Shown: positions 22,830 through 33,497, numbered from the stretch's first letter. The stretch: DNA of 64,000 nt from an uncultured Candidatus Binatia bacterium (GCA_965213675.1 OZ243916.1:3872001-3936000), one strand, 5' to 3'. Numbers and translations: made by a program. Notes: generated from the letters alone by a model not told the origin.

Positions 22830-23882
22830 TTAACGTGGATCATCCAGGCTGTTCAGCGCCTGTTCGATCCGATTAGCAGACGCCAGGATTTCGTCGAAGG
22901 CAGGGGCCTCACCGAAGATCATGGCGGTCGTGTTGGTGTAGTCGCGGGAGAGAGCGTCAACCATTGCTCCGGTCGGTGCGATTGCAAACGTCCCCGGCGC
23001 TGCCGAGGAAAGGTCGTAGTCGGGCCGATCAAAGAACATGCGGGCTTGCCGCACGCAATCGGTGCCTAGATCCCGGTTCGCGAGGGCCGGCTTACCGACG
23101 TCCGAGCGAAGCAGGCAATGGAGATCGTAGTAGTGTCGCGAGACGCGCTGCCCCTCTTGCCGCAAAACGCCGCGCCGCTCATGCCAGCGGCGCAGGCCAT
23201 GTGCGATCACCACCTTGTCCCAGAAGGTGCGAATTGCGTCGATTGTGGTTACTCCGTCGATTTCCAAGTCGAGGCCGACGGTATCTTCGGCGATATAGGG
23301 TTGGATCGTGACTGGGCGGTGGGGATCAAGAGCAGACTTCGCGCCGGATTCGATCCGCACGAGGGGCTGCACATAGGTTTCATCGCGCGGCTCGACCTCG
23401 GGATACCAGACGAGCAATGTCTGCCCGTCAGGATCGGCGTCGTCGATCTCGATACGTCCGGCGCCGCCAGTGACGTCTGTGATCTGCACATGCAGAAATT
23501 CCCGGAGCGGCCCGGTGATATAGGCTTGGCATGCATCCCTGATCGCGTCGAGTCGGGCCCGGCGCCTCTTTCGCGACAAGACCTCCAGTTCCTCGACCGA
23601 GGCCGGTTCATCGAGGTCCTCGCGGAACACAGTGATGTCGATATCCTCGGAGAAGCGCTGGATCAGGCCGTAAGCTTTCGACAGGGATGTGCCGCCCTTG
23701 AAGAGGAGGCGAGGGCAGCCGACTGGTCGCTCGCGATAAAGCGCGTTCAACGTCCAGCAGACCCAGAAGTCCTTCTCGACATGATTGACTGGGGCTCCGA
23801 TCCGGTTGGCAGCGGCGAGAAAAAGATCGAGACGATCGCGCGAGGACGCGGTGCAGATTTGTCTGTAGGCCGCGGCTGTCAC
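22830..23882 (-). CDS. AbiEii/AbiGii-family nucleotidyltransferase toxin
   Basis: VEKDFWV, LLFKGGTSLSKAYGLIQRFSEDID and SRHYYDL motifs. Confidence 0.9.
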   Translation of the reverse strand: MTAAAYRQICTASSRDRLDLFLAAANRIGAPVNHVEKDFWVCWTLNALYRERPVGCPRLLFKGGTSLSKAYGLIQRFSEDIDITVFREDLDEPASVEELEVLSRKRRRARLDAIRDACQAYITGPLREFLHVQITDVTGGAGRIEIDDADPDGQTLLVWYPEVEPRDETYVQPLVRIESGAKSALDPHRPVTIQPYIAEDTVGLDLEIDGVTTIDAIRTFWDKVVIAHGLRRWHERRGVLRQEGQRVSRHYYDLHCLLRSDVGKPALANRDLGTDCVRQARMFFDRPDYDLSSAAPGTFAIAPTGAMVDALSRDYTNTTAMIFGEAPAFDEILASANRIEQALNSLDDPR

Positions 23883-24565
23883 GGGTGTCCCTCTTCTACA
23901 TCGGAGGCGCCCAGCAGATCGCGCAGGAATTCCTGCATCCAGATCGGCAGTGCGGAAAAGCCCTCCTCCAGATCGTCGCGGATCGCCTGTCCATGCCGGG
24001 GGTCCGCGAGAATGCGGCGCAACGCGGTCCGGATGCGTTGCCGCTCGTCGTCCCGGGACAGCATGTCCTGCATCCAGTGCAGCGCCTGAACCACCCGCAT
24101 GGCTGGTCGTCCGGCCCAGTAGAGGCGGCTGGGCGCCGCATATCGGAAATGTATTTCCTGGCGGCCCAGCCTGATCGGCCTCAACCGCGCATCGACCAGA
24201 ACCTCGATCCGCGCCGGCACGGCGGTGGTGAGGCCGAGCTCGTTGGCGGCGGTCATGCCGTCGATGACAGCGCGAGCTTGGTCCCGGCGGGTGACGGCAC
24301 GGATGACGGCGCGGTAGTCGGACACGGTTGGACGCCCGGTCAACCCATTGGTACGCGGATGGTCGTAGAGTCCACGGTCGATGCGACGTAGATCGCCGGC
24401 GGCAACCAAGCGCTGCAAGGTCTTGTCGACGGCGGCGCGATTGCCGAGGTCTGCAAAATCGCCGGGGACCCAGACCTCGTCCGGTTTGGCCGCTATCCGT
24501 GCGAGGAGGCGGGAGCGCAAACCGCTATCTCGCATCAACACTGTCATGTCCGAACTATGGCACAT
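23879..24565 (-). CDS. AbiEi-like antitoxin (DUF6088-type wHTH)
   Basis: DFADLGNRAAVDKTLQRL..LRRIDRGLY and AANELGLTTAVPA motifs. Overlaps the toxin start by 4 bp. Start codon uncertain. Confidence 0.85.
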   Translation of the reverse strand: MCHSSDMTVLMRDSGLRSRLLARIAAKPDEVWVPGDFADLGNRAAVDKTLQRLVAAGDLRRIDRGLYDHPRTNGLTGRPTVSDYRAVIRAVTRRDQARAVIDGMTAANELGLTTAVPARIEVLVDARLRPIRLGRQEIHFRYAAPSRLYWAGRPAMRVVQALHWMQDMLSRDDERQRIRTALRRILADPRHGQAIRDDLEEGFSALPIWMQEFLRDLLGASDVEEGHP

Positions 24566-25018
24566 ATTTCCGACAATTCAAGTGCTGTCCGAAATATGCT
24601 TCAATCTTCGGGCAAGAGACGCGCGGTCAAGCAGGGAAGACTGTCGCGGTCCTTCACGAGCGGCCGGCGGCTATAACCGGAAGCGAGCCGAAACTTGTCT
24701 TCGGCGGAAGGGGAGCCGGCAGTGGGGCTGCGGCGTTCCGGCGAACGTGAGACAGTGGGGGTCGGTTATCGTCATGGACGCGAAGGAACGCCGGAAAGTT
24801 CTGGCCTTTGTCAGAACGCTTGCACTGATGTGCGCTAGGCAAACGATGCTCGAAACTCTGCGCCGGGAGCTGACGCCGGTCGGCACGGTAACTTGGTGAG
24901 AGGGCGGGATTTTCGGGGGCCGGTGTTCGGCGGCTGTCAAGAGTTGCTGAAGGCGAGAGCGAGTGGCGCGTGAGTGGACGCCATGCAGGAAGGCGCCCGC
25001 CCGGGGGAGCGAAGCGGC

Positions 25019-25340
25019 ATGCTGAGCAGGGTGGCCAGGCTATAGCTGACCAGCACGGCTGTCGCGCCCGTGTTGTTGGCATACGCATGGGTCGCTTACC
25101 AAGAAGACAAGGAGTGTCTGGCCGCGCTGCTCTTGGCGGGATGCGCAGGTCTTTTCCTGCTGTGCGTATTCCTGTTCCGCTATGCAAGAATGAACCTTGA
25201 ACGCATGACGTTCGAAGCCGTTGCGGTGGAAGCGGCGGATCGCGAGAACATTGCCTTTCTGCTGTTTTATTTGTTGCCGCTGTTCACTGACGATATCGCG
25301 TCGTTCAACTGGCAAGTGTAGATTCCGGCCTTACTCCTCC
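25019..25340 (+). pseudogene. KwaA-like membrane protein remnant with two amber stops, truncated
   Basis: Reads MLSRVARL*LTSTAVAPVLLAYAW...VEAADRENIAFLLFYLLPLF...NWQV*IPALL. Family assignment is by recalled similarity only. Confidence 0.45.
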
Positions 25341-25547
25341 ACGGTCCAATCGCCGACCGGCCCCAGGGTGGCCCGCTTCAAGCCTGCCGGCCGGCTCGAC
25401 TGGACGATGTAGAGCTTGCGCTCGGTGGCATGGGACCCTGACCCCGAAGCCGGCGAGGTCGCGGTCTCAGAAGATGGCGTCCTTGCCGCCGGGCTTGAGC
25501 CCGTCCACAATCCGCTTGCTGAGCCTGAGGGTGCGCCGTTTCGGCAT
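25331..25547 (-). pseudogene. Tyrosine integrase N-terminal (arm-binding, DUF4102-like) remnant
   Basis: MPKRRTLRLSKRIVDGLKPGGKDAIF*DRDLAGFGVRV, then a frameshift, then RKLYIVQS..AGLKRATLG. Similar to the N-terminus of the integrase at 46.3 kb. Confidence 0.7.
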
Positions 25548-25870
25548 GGTCGCGCTCCGCCCCGAAATGCCCGCATGCTAGTCATCAAACCGAATACGGG
25601 CGGCATCAAATCGGGGCCGATTGAAGGCGATGCCTGACGGTAAGTCAAAGGCCATGAAATCGATGAGGAAATAAAAATACTAATCATCATAGTTCATTAT
25701 CATACCAGCGGCACTGGACGGCGGCTGATGGCAGGGATCGGCGACAAGTCAACAAGTCAATGCGACCCCGGATCAAAGCCGGGGTGACGCCGTGGGGTCC
25801 GGGGTGGCGGCGCCAGGGTGCTCGAGTGGCGCTCGGGGCGACGAGTGGGTAGGGATCGGGCGCCGACGGA

Positions 25871-26815
25871 TCAGCCGCTCTCCAGCTCGGTGAGAAACCG
25901 TTCCGCGTCGATGGCCGCCATGCAGCCGCTGCCCGCGGCGGTGACGGCCTGGCGATAGATGCGGTCCTGGACGTCGCCGCAGGCGAAGACGCCTTCCAGG
26001 GTGGTCTTGGTGCCGTCGTGGGTCTTGATGTAACCCAGCTCGTCCATCTCCAGTACGCCCTCGAAGAGTTGTGAATTGGGCTGGTGGCCGATGGCGATGA
26101 AGACGCCGTCGCAGGCGACGTGCTGGTCCTTGCCGGTCTTGACGTTCCGCAGGGTGACGCCGGTGACGCCGCCGGCTTGGGCGTCGCCGTGGATGTCTTC
26201 CACGGTGGAGTTCCACAGGAACTCGATCCTGGGGTTGGCGCGGGCGCGGTCCTGCATGATTCTGGAGGCACGGAGCTGGTCGCGGCGGTGCACGATGCTG
26301 ACCTTGGTGGCGAACTTGGTGAGGAAGGTCGCCTCTTCGATGGCGGTGTCGCCGCCGCCCACCACGATGAGTTCCTTGTCCTTGAAGAAGAAGCCGTCGC
26401 AGGTGGCGCAGGCGGAGACGCCGTGGCCCATGAGCCGGTTCTCGGCTTCGAGGCCGAGCAGCTTGGCGGTGGCGCCAGTGGCGATGATGAGGGCGTCGCA
26501 GGTGTAGCGGTCCTTGCCAGCCTGCAGCGTGATGGGCCGGGCGCCGGGTTCGACGGCGGTGACGTCCCCGAACACGATCTTCGTGCCGAAGCGTTCCGCC
26601 TGCTTGCGGAACTGATCCATCATGTCCGGGCCCATGATGCCATCCGGGAAGCCGGGATAGTTCTCGACGTCGGTGGTGATGGTGAGTTGGCCGCCGGGCT
26701 GGGAGCCCTCCACCACCAGCGGCTCAAGGTTGGCGCGGGCCGTGTAGAGGGCGGCGGTGAGCCCCGCTGCTCCGGAACCGAGTATGATGACGCGGTAGTG
26801 AATCTGGTCTGCCAT
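25871..26815 (-). CDS. trxB: Thioredoxin reductase
   Basis: GSGAAG, CATCDG, GGGDTA and FACGDVQD motifs. Confidence 0.97.
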   Translation of the reverse strand: MADQIHYRVIILGSGAAGLTAALYTARANLEPLVVEGSQPGGQLTITTDVENYPGFPDGIMGPDMMDQFRKQAERFGTKIVFGDVTAVEPGARPITLQAGKDRYTCDALIIATGATAKLLGLEAENRLMGHGVSACATCDGFFFKDKELIVVGGGDTAIEEATFLTKFATKVSIVHRRDQLRASRIMQDRARANPRIEFLWNSTVEDIHGDAQAGGVTGVTLRNVKTGKDQHVACDGVFIAIGHQPNSQLFEGVLEMDELGYIKTHDGTKTTLEGVFACGDVQDRIYRQAVTAAGSGCMAAIDAERFLTELESG

Positions 26816-26923
26816 GGAGTCGGTTCATATCATACGGGTATCCTCCCTTGTAGGTCGGAGGTGATTTGCGCTTTTGCATGGGCGGCTTTGAAAGATAGAC
26901 TTGTGTGCAGCGGAGGACTCGCA

Positions 26924-27400
26924 ATGGCAAATTTGTCTCATATCGATGAGCAGGGCCGGGTACGGATGGTGGACGTCACCGGCAAGGACGTGACCGAGCG
27001 TGTGGCGGTGGCGCATGGGGTGGTCACCCTGCGCGGGGAGACCCTGGCGGCCATCGCCGAGGGGCAGATTCCCAAGGGCGATGTGCTCACGGTGGCGCGC
27101 ATCGCCGGGATCATGGCGGCCAAGAAGACGGCCGAGCTGATTCCCATGTGCCATCCCCTCAACATCAGCGGGGTCGAGGTCAAGCTGACTCCCCGCCAGG
27201 AGCCGCCGTCCGTGGAGATCGAGGCCAGCGTGCGCCTCGCCGGCAGGACCGGTGTGGAAATGGAAGCGCTCACCGCGGTCTCGGTGGCGGGGCTCACCAT
27301 CTATGACATGTGCAAGGCCGTGGACCGGGAAATGACCCTCGGCGCCATTCGCCTCATGCACAAGAGCGGCGGCAAGAGCGGCACCTTCGAGAGGCCATAG
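26924..27400 (+). CDS. moaC: Cyclic pyranopterin monophosphate synthase
   Basis: [23 protein letters not shown] and TGVEMEALT motifs. Confidence 0.97.
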   Translation: MANLSHIDEQGRVRMVDVTGKDVTERVAVAHGVVTLRGETLAAIAEGQIPKGDVLTVARIAGIMAAKKTAELIPMCHPLNISGVEVKLTPRQEPPSVEIEASVRLAGRTGVEMEALTAVSVAGLTIYDMCKAVDREMTLGAIRLMHKSGGKSGTFERP

Positions 27401-27521
27401 AGCATCTCCAGGTTCTAAAGTCTCCCTCAAAGAGGCCGAACTATTTCATGAACGCGGGTACCGGTGCGTCCGGCCGCCGGGTCGCCCGGGTGTCCGTTGT
27501 GTGTTCGTCAACCCGGAGTTC

Positions 27522-28208
27522 ATGATGACGCGAATCAACCAATGGCCCGTGGAGGACCGTCCGCGGGAGAAGCTGCTCGAACGGGGCGCGGAGCACCTGA
27601 CGGCAGCGGAGTTGCTGGCGATTCTGCTGGGCACGGGCAGCGCCGGAGAGCAGCAGAGCGCCATGGATCATGCGCGGCTCCTGTTACTGCATTTCGGCGG
27701 GCTCCAAGGCATCGACGATGCTTCCGTGGCCGAGTTGACGGTGCTCAAGGGTATGGGGAACGCCAAGGCGGCCCGCCTCAAGGCGTCCCTGGAACTGGGG
27801 CGCCGCCGCGAGGACCTGCGTTGCGAGACCGGCCAGTTGCTCAGTTCGCCAGACGAGGTGTTCCGTCATTTTCGCCCGCGGTGCGTCAACGCCAAACGCG
27901 AGTCGTTCTACGTCGTCATGCTGAACAACCGGAACCGCAAGATTCGAGAAGTGAAGATATCGGAGGGTTCGCTCACCGCTTCCGTGGTGCACCCGCGCGA
28001 GGTGTACAATCCCGTGATCCGGGAATCCGCCGCCGGGGTCATCTTCGTCCACAACCATCCCAGCGGCGACCCCTCTCCGAGCCGGGAGGACATGGAGATC
28101 ACCCAGCGTCTCCGCCAGGTGGGCGAAGTGCTCGGGGTGCGTGTGCACGACCACGTGGTGTTGGGACACGACCGTTTCTTCAGCTTCAACCGGGAGGGAC
28201 TTCTGTGA
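27522..28208 (+). CDS. radC: RadC/UPF0758 JAB-domain protein
   Basis: EDRPREKL and HNHPSGDPSPS.ED motifs. Confidence 0.93.
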   Translation: MMTRINQWPVEDRPREKLLERGAEHLTAAELLAILLGTGSAGEQQSAMDHARLLLLHFGGLQGIDDASVAELTVLKGMGNAKAARLKASLELGRRREDLRCETGQLLSSPDEVFRHFRPRCVNAKRESFYVVMLNNRNRKIREVKISEGSLTASVVHPREVYNPVIRESAAGVIFVHNHPSGDPSPSREDMEITQRLRQVGEVLGVRVHDHVVLGHDRFFSFNREGLL

Positions 28209-28344
28209 GCGGCTTGACCGCCCACCGCGCGACGGAGTAGGTTAACCCGGCCATTTCATTGAAGGATGGGGGCCAGCGCCAGGTCCGTATTCCTTGGTGG
28301 AACAGGCTGTTCAACCGCAATCGCGTTCAGGGAGGCCAGCCAGC

Positions 28345-29820
28345 ATGTCACAGACCAAGCACTTTTCCACGGATGTCGCCATCATCGGGTCCGGCGGGGC
28401 GGGTATGGCCGCGGGCATCGAGGCGCGGGATGCGGGCGCGAACGCCATCGCCTTCGAGAAGGCGGCGGACCTGGGCGGCGCCGCCATCATTTCCGGCGGC
28501 GGCTGCCTCATCGTGGGCACGCCGATCCAGAAGGCCAACGGCATCGTCGACACGCCGGACCTGGCCTTCAACGACTGGATCAAGTGGGGTGGACCTTCGG
28601 CCGACGAGGTGTGGGCGCGCTACTACATCGAGCATTCGCTGCACGACCTCTATTTCTGGGCCGAGCGCATGGGGGTCAAGTGGGTGGACATGAAGCAGCA
28701 GGAGGGCAACACGGCGGTGCGCTGGACCCGGGCCGAACGCAGCGGCCTGGGCCTGATGACGCACCTCATCGAGGCCTTCCGCGAGCGCGGCGGCGAGATC
28801 GTTTCCAACACCGAAATCACCGGGCTCAAGCGCGACAACGGCCGGGTCACGGGCTTCGTGGGCAAGGACGCCGCCACGGGCGCGGACGTGGAGGTGGACA
28901 GCAAGGTCGTGGTGGTGGCCACCGGCGGGTTCAACTCGAACATCGACATGGTGTTCGAAGCCAGCCCGGGGCTCAAGGGCGAGCGGGTCATGGAGGGCTC
29001 GGGCCGGGGCTCCACCGGAACCGGCCACCGGCTGGTGCGGCAGGCTGGGGGCTACCTCACCCACATGGACCATATCTGGTTCTATGTCTACGCGACGCCG
29101 GACTATCGCGACCCCGCCCAGCGGCGTGGCCTGGTGTTCCGGCAGGCCCCTGGCTACATCTGGATCAATCAGCAGGGCCGGCGTTTCCACAACGAGTCGT
29201 TGTCGGGCGGCAACTCGGCCACGCCTGCGCTCATGGCCCAGGAACCGCGGCACGCCTGGGCGGTGGTGGACACGCCCATGACCGCCAAGCTCGAGATCGC
29301 CGACCCCTACTACCGCGCTGGCGACAAGGTGGACCGGGACAAAGTGCAGGAGTTGCTCGACAACTCGCCGTTCATCAAGAAGGCGGATTCGCTGGAGGAA
29401 CTGGGCCGGTTCATGGAAGTGGACGTGCCGGTGCTCCTCGATACCGTGGAGCGCTACAACCAGGCGTGCGCGCAGGGGCTCGACAAGGAACCCGAATTCG
29501 GCAAGCCCCTCAAGCTGTCCAAGAAGTTCGACACCCCGCCCTACTACGCCATCCAGATTTTCCCGCTGGCGCGCAAGAACTTCGGCGGCGTCAAGACCGA
29601 CATCCGCTGCCGGGCGCTGAACAAACACTTCGAGCCGATCCCGGGTCTCTACGCCGCCGGCGAGGTGGCGGGCATGGCGGGTGGCCACATCAACGGGAGC
29701 GCGGGGTTGGAGGGGACCATGCTCGGCCCGTCCATCTTCAGCGGGCGCGTGGCCGGCGGTTGGGCGGCACACGAGGCGGGCTGCGGGGAAGGCTTCGTCG
29801 GGATTCCCAACCGCGACTGA
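28345..29820 (+). CDS. FAD-dependent oxidoreductase (fumarate reductase/3-ketosteroid dehydrogenase-like flavoprotein)
   Basis: IIGSGGAG, VVATGGF and IPGLYAAGE motifs. Confidence 0.85.
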   Translation: MSQTKHFSTDVAIIGSGGAGMAAGIEARDAGANAIAFEKAADLGGAAIISGGGCLIVGTPIQKANGIVDTPDLAFNDWIKWGGPSADEVWARYYIEHSLHDLYFWAERMGVKWVDMKQQEGNTAVRWTRAERSGLGLMTHLIEAFRERGGEIVSNTEITGLKRDNGRVTGFVGKDAATGADVEVDSKVVVVATGGFNSNIDMVFEASPGLKGERVMEGSGRGSTGTGHRLVRQAGGYLTHMDHIWFYVYATPDYRDPAQRRGLVFRQAPGYIWINQQGRRFHNESLSGGNSATPALMAQEPRHAWAVVDTPMTAKLEIADPYYRAGDKVDRDKVQELLDNSPFIKKADSLEELGRFMEVDVPVLLDTVERYNQACAQGLDKEPEFGKPLKLSKKFDTPPYYAIQIFPLARKNFGGVKTDIRCRALNKHFEPIPGLYAAGEVAGMAGGHINGSAGLEGTMLGPSIFSGRVAGGWAAHEAGCGEGFVGIPNRD

Positions 29821-29830
29821 GGCGCCGGAC

Positions 29831-32239
29831 ATGGCAAACGATTCGCACGTCGAGAAGGTCCGGGGCTATTGCGTGTTGTGCACCGCCCACTGCGCCACCG
29901 TCGCTACGGTGGAAGACGGGCGCGTGACGCGGCTCGATCCCGATCACGATCACCCCAACGGCGGCGCCATCTGCGTCAAGGGCAAGGCCGCGCCCGAGTT
30001 GGTCTACAACGGTGAGCGCCTGAACTACCCCCTGCGCCGTACTCATCCCAAGGGCGCGGAGGATCCGGGATGGGAACGCGTGAGCTGGGACGAGGCCCTG
30101 GACGACATCGCGGGGCGGCTGCTGCGCATCCGCGAGCGTTACGGTGCCGAGGCCATCGCCATGGCCCGGGGCACCGCCAGCGGCACGTCGGTGGACGACG
30201 TGAACCAGTGGTCGACGCGCCTGCTCAACCGCTTGGGCAGCCCCAACTCGGTGTCCACGACCCACGTATGCAACTGGCACCGGGACACGGCGTTCAGTTA
30301 CACATTCGGCGTGGCGCAGCCGTCGCCGGACGTGCTCCACAGTGGCGCCTTCCTCCTGTGGGGACACAATCCCGCCTCCACGCAACTCATGCTGGCCCAG
30401 GACACCGCCACCGCGCGCAAGCGCGGCATGAAGGTGGTGGTGGTGGACCCGCGCCGCGTCGGTTTCGGGAACCAGGCGGACGCCCTCCTTCAGGTGCGCC
30501 CAGGGGCCGACGGCGCCTTGGCCCTGGCTCTCATCCACGTGTTGATCGACGAAGGGCGCCACGATGAAGCATTCGTGCGCGACTGGACCAACGGCCCGTT
30601 TCTGCTGCGCCGGCACACCGGTGAAGCGCTGACCGCGGCGGATGTGATCGCCGGTGGCAGCGCGGAGCAGTATCTGGTCTGGGATGAGGCGACGCAACGG
30701 GCGGTGGCCTACGATCCCGCCGGCCGCGTGTATGCGGCCGGTGGCGTTCGGCCGGCCTTGCGCGGTGAATTCCGCGTCACCACGACGACGGGCGCGCAGG
30801 TCCCATGCGAACCGGCGTTCGCCGCCTTGGCGCGGCTGGCTTGTTCGTATGCGCCGGAACGCTCGGAGCCGGTCACACGGGTTCCCGCGGACCAGGTGCG
30901 TGAAGCGGCCCGTATTCTGAGCGACAACCGCCCGGTAAGCATGTTCATGTGGAACGGCGTGGGCCAGCACACCAACGCCACCCAGACCAGCCGGGCCATC
31001 TCCATCCTGTACGCGTTGCTGGGAGATTTCGATGCGCCGGGGGGGAATCTCATGCTGCCCATGGCGTCGTTCCAGGGTGTCGACGGCAAGGAGTTCCTGC
31101 CGGCCGAGGCCGCCGCCAGACGCATCGGTCGGGACGAGCGGCCGCTCGGTCCGGCCGCGAACCCTGGGGCGTGCGCGGCGCCGGACATCTACGCGGCCAT
31201 CCTCGAAGGAAAACCGTATCCGGTGCGCGCGCTCATCAACCTGGGCTCCAACACGGTCATCTCCAACGGCGGCACGCGGCGCGGGCGCGAGGCCCTGTGC
31301 GCCCTGGATCTCGGGGTGGCCGCCGAACTCTTTATGACGCCCACGGCGCAGCTCTGCGATTACGTGCTGCCGGCCACGAGCTTCCTGGAGATGGATCACC
31401 TTGTGGGCGGGTTCCGGCACCGCGTGGATGCGCGCACCCACGTCCAGTACCGCCGGCGCGCGGTGGAGCCCTTGGCGGAACGGCGCTCGGACACTTGGTT
31501 CGTGTTCGAACTGGCCCGGCGCATGGGCTTCGGCGACGACTTCTGGGGCGGCGACCTGGAAGCCGCCTATGGCCATCAATTGGCGCCCACGGGCCTGACC
31601 CTGGACGATTTGAAGTCCCAACCGGGTGGCGTCACCCTGCCAACCACGCGGCGTTACCGGAAATACGCCGACACGGACGACCGGGGACGGCCCAAGGGCT
31701 TCGCCAACCCGTCCGGCCGGGTGGAGATCTATTCCCACCGGCTGGCGCAGCACGGCTTCTTCGCACTGCCGCAGTACGAGGAGCCGGCCCTGAGCCCCGC
31801 CAGGCGGCCGGACCTGGCGGCGGACTACCCGCTGGTGCTCACCAACGCCAAGTTCACCACGTTCATCCACAGCCAGCAGCGCGCCCTCCCCAGTCTGCGC
31901 AAGGCCGCGCCGGAACCCACCGCCGAACTGCATCCCGAAACCGCGGCCGAGCACGGCATCGGTCAGGGACAATGGATGGTGGTGGAGAGTCCCAAGGGCG
32001 CCATCAAGGTGCGCGGCAAGCTCACCCACCGAATCCTGCCCGGCGTCGTCTGCGTGCAGCACGGTTGGTGGCAGCCATGCGGCGAGCTCGAGCTTCCGGG
32101 CCACGACCCGTTTTCGGACGGGGGCGCCAATGCCAACGGTCTGGTGGACGCAGAGCACCGCGACCCCATCAGCGGCTCGCTGCCGCACCGCTCGGCCCTG
32201 TGCCGGGTGCGCCTGTTGGGAGACGCCCCTGGCCATTGA
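29831..32239 (+). CDS. Molybdopterin (DMSO reductase family) oxidoreductase with N-terminal 4Fe-4S cluster
   Basis: CVLCTAHC...CVKG, RLNYPLRR, DYVLPA and a C-terminal dinucleotide-binding domain. No Tat signal seen. Confidence 0.9.
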   Translation: MANDSHVEKVRGYCVLCTAHCATVATVEDGRVTRLDPDHDHPNGGAICVKGKAAPELVYNGERLNYPLRRTHPKGAEDPGWERVSWDEALDDIAGRLLRIRERYGAEAIAMARGTASGTSVDDVNQWSTRLLNRLGSPNSVSTTHVCNWHRDTAFSYTFGVAQPSPDVLHSGAFLLWGHNPASTQLMLAQDTATARKRGMKVVVVDPRRVGFGNQADALLQVRPGADGALALALIHVLIDEGRHDEAFVRDWTNGPFLLRRHTGEALTAADVIAGGSAEQYLVWDEATQRAVAYDPAGRVYAAGGVRPALRGEFRVTTTTGAQVPCEPAFAALARLACSYAPERSEPVTRVPADQVREAARILSDNRPVSMFMWNGVGQHTNATQTSRAISILYALLGDFDAPGGNLMLPMASFQGVDGKEFLPAEAAARRIGRDERPLGPAANPGACAAPDIYAAILEGKPYPVRALINLGSNTVISNGGTRRGREALCALDLGVAAELFMTPTAQLCDYVLPATSFLEMDHLVGGFRHRVDARTHVQYRRRAVEPLAERRSDTWFVFELARRMGFGDDFWGGDLEAAYGHQLAPTGLTLDDLKSQPGGVTLPTTRRYRKYADTDDRGRPKGFANPSGRVEIYSHRLAQHGFFALPQYEEPALSPARRPDLAADYPLVLTNAKFTTFIHSQQRALPSLRKAAPEPTAELHPETAAEHGIGQGQWMVVESPKGAIKVRGKLTHRILPGVVCVQHGWWQPCGELELPGHDPFSDGGANANGLVDAEHRDPISGSLPHRSALCRVRLLGDAPGH

Positions 32240-32320
32240 CGTACCTGCATGTTCCGGCCTGGCGAACCGTGGCGCAGCCTGAACAGCGGAAATCCCGAAA
32301 AGGCCAGGCGGAGGAGACAC

Positions 32321-33394
32321 ATGGTTCTCGTACTCAAGAATGAACAACTGGAAGACTTGGTGCCCATGCCCGAGGAAATCGACGCCATCGAGCAGGCCTA
32401 CCGCGAGATGGGCGAAGGCACCGCGGTCAACTCACCCCGCGCACGGCTCCGGGTGCAGGCTCCCGGCAAGAAGCCCGGCTTCCAATACTACTTCAACAAC
32501 ATCATGGGCCTTGTGCCTGGCATGAAGTCCATGGGGCTCCGCATCGACTCGACCTTTTCCGATGAAGAGGAAGTGGCGGGTACCAAGCGGCGCATCTATC
32601 CCGGCGACTACGTGGGTCTCGTGCTGCTCTTCGACATGGAGGACTGCTCGTTGCTGTCCATCATGGACGACCACTACATCTCCATCTTCCGGGTCGGCGC
32701 CACCAGCGGCGTGGCAGCCAGGCACTTGGCGCGCGAGGACGCCCGGGTCATGGGTCTCGTGGGCTCGGGCGAACAGGCCAAGACCCAGCTCCTGGCCACC
32801 TGCGCGGTGCGTCAACTCGACAAGGTGAAGGTATTCAGCCCCACTCGGGCCAACCGCGAGCGGTTCGCCGAGGAGATGACCGAGAAGGCGGGGGTCGAGA
32901 TCGTGCCGGTGCATTCGGCGGAAGAAGCCGTGCGCGGCAGCGACATCGTCACCGCCGCCACCAACACGGTGGACCCGGTCATCAACGGCGAGTGGCTGGA
33001 GAAGGGTACGTTCGTCAACAGCATCGTCGGCGGCGACAGCTACCTCGCCCGCTACGAACTGGACGACGCGGTGTTCGAGCGCGCCGACCTCATCGTCGTG
33101 GGCTTCCGCAAGCAGATCTTCCTCGACCAGCAGGCCGAGATCTACCCACGCATCCAGCGTGGCCTCATCAAGGAAGAAGACCTGCACGAACTGAGCGAAC
33201 TGCTCACCGGCCAGTGCCGCGGCCGCGAGAGCGACGATGAGATCATCGTCTTCAAGAACAACACCGGCATGGGTATCCAGTTCGCCGCCACCGCCCGCAT
33301 CCTCTATGAAGCCGCCCGCAGGAAGGGCATCGGCACCGAACTCCCCTCCGAGCTGTTCATCACCGACCGCAAAGGGAAGACCTACTCGCCATAG
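32321..33394 (+). CDS. Ornithine cyclodeaminase/mu-crystallin family protein
   Basis: RVGATSGVAA, GSGEQA and FKNNTGMGIQF motifs. Confidence 0.88.
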   Translation: MVLVLKNEQLEDLVPMPEEIDAIEQAYREMGEGTAVNSPRARLRVQAPGKKPGFQYYFNNIMGLVPGMKSMGLRIDSTFSDEEEVAGTKRRIYPGDYVGLVLLFDMEDCSLLSIMDDHYISIFRVGATSGVAARHLAREDARVMGLVGSGEQAKTQLLATCAVRQLDKVKVFSPTRANRERFAEEMTEKAGVEIVPVHSAEEAVRGSDIVTAATNTVDPVINGEWLEKGTFVNSIVGGDSYLARYELDDAVFERADLIVVGFRKQIFLDQQAEIYPRIQRGLIKEEDLHELSELLTGQCRGRESDDEIIVFKNNTGMGIQFAATARILYEAARRKGIGTELPSELFITDRKGKTYSP

Positions 33395-33497
33395 GGCGTG
33401 GATGCCCAACGGCGCAGGGAACGGTACGACCTGCATTAGCATTATAATCTTCGGTGGATAGGGAACCTTCGTTCTGCGACACCTTTCGTCCGGTGCG

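Larger units (their letters stand above)
20683..25779. mobile_element. Decayed genomic island between hisF and trxB, bounded by 17-bp direct repeats
   Basis: CGACCCCGGATCAAAGC at 20683-20699 and 25763-25779. Contents are lower in GC and include an IS, a TA pair and an integrase remnant. Confidence 0.65.

Noticed and set aside
29738-32347. Very long antisense or alternative-frame ORFs (this one, 4381-6558, 14074-15753, 56372-58297, 61919-63892)
   Set aside because: These are shadow ORFs expected opposite real genes in high-GC DNA, with no recognisable motifs.
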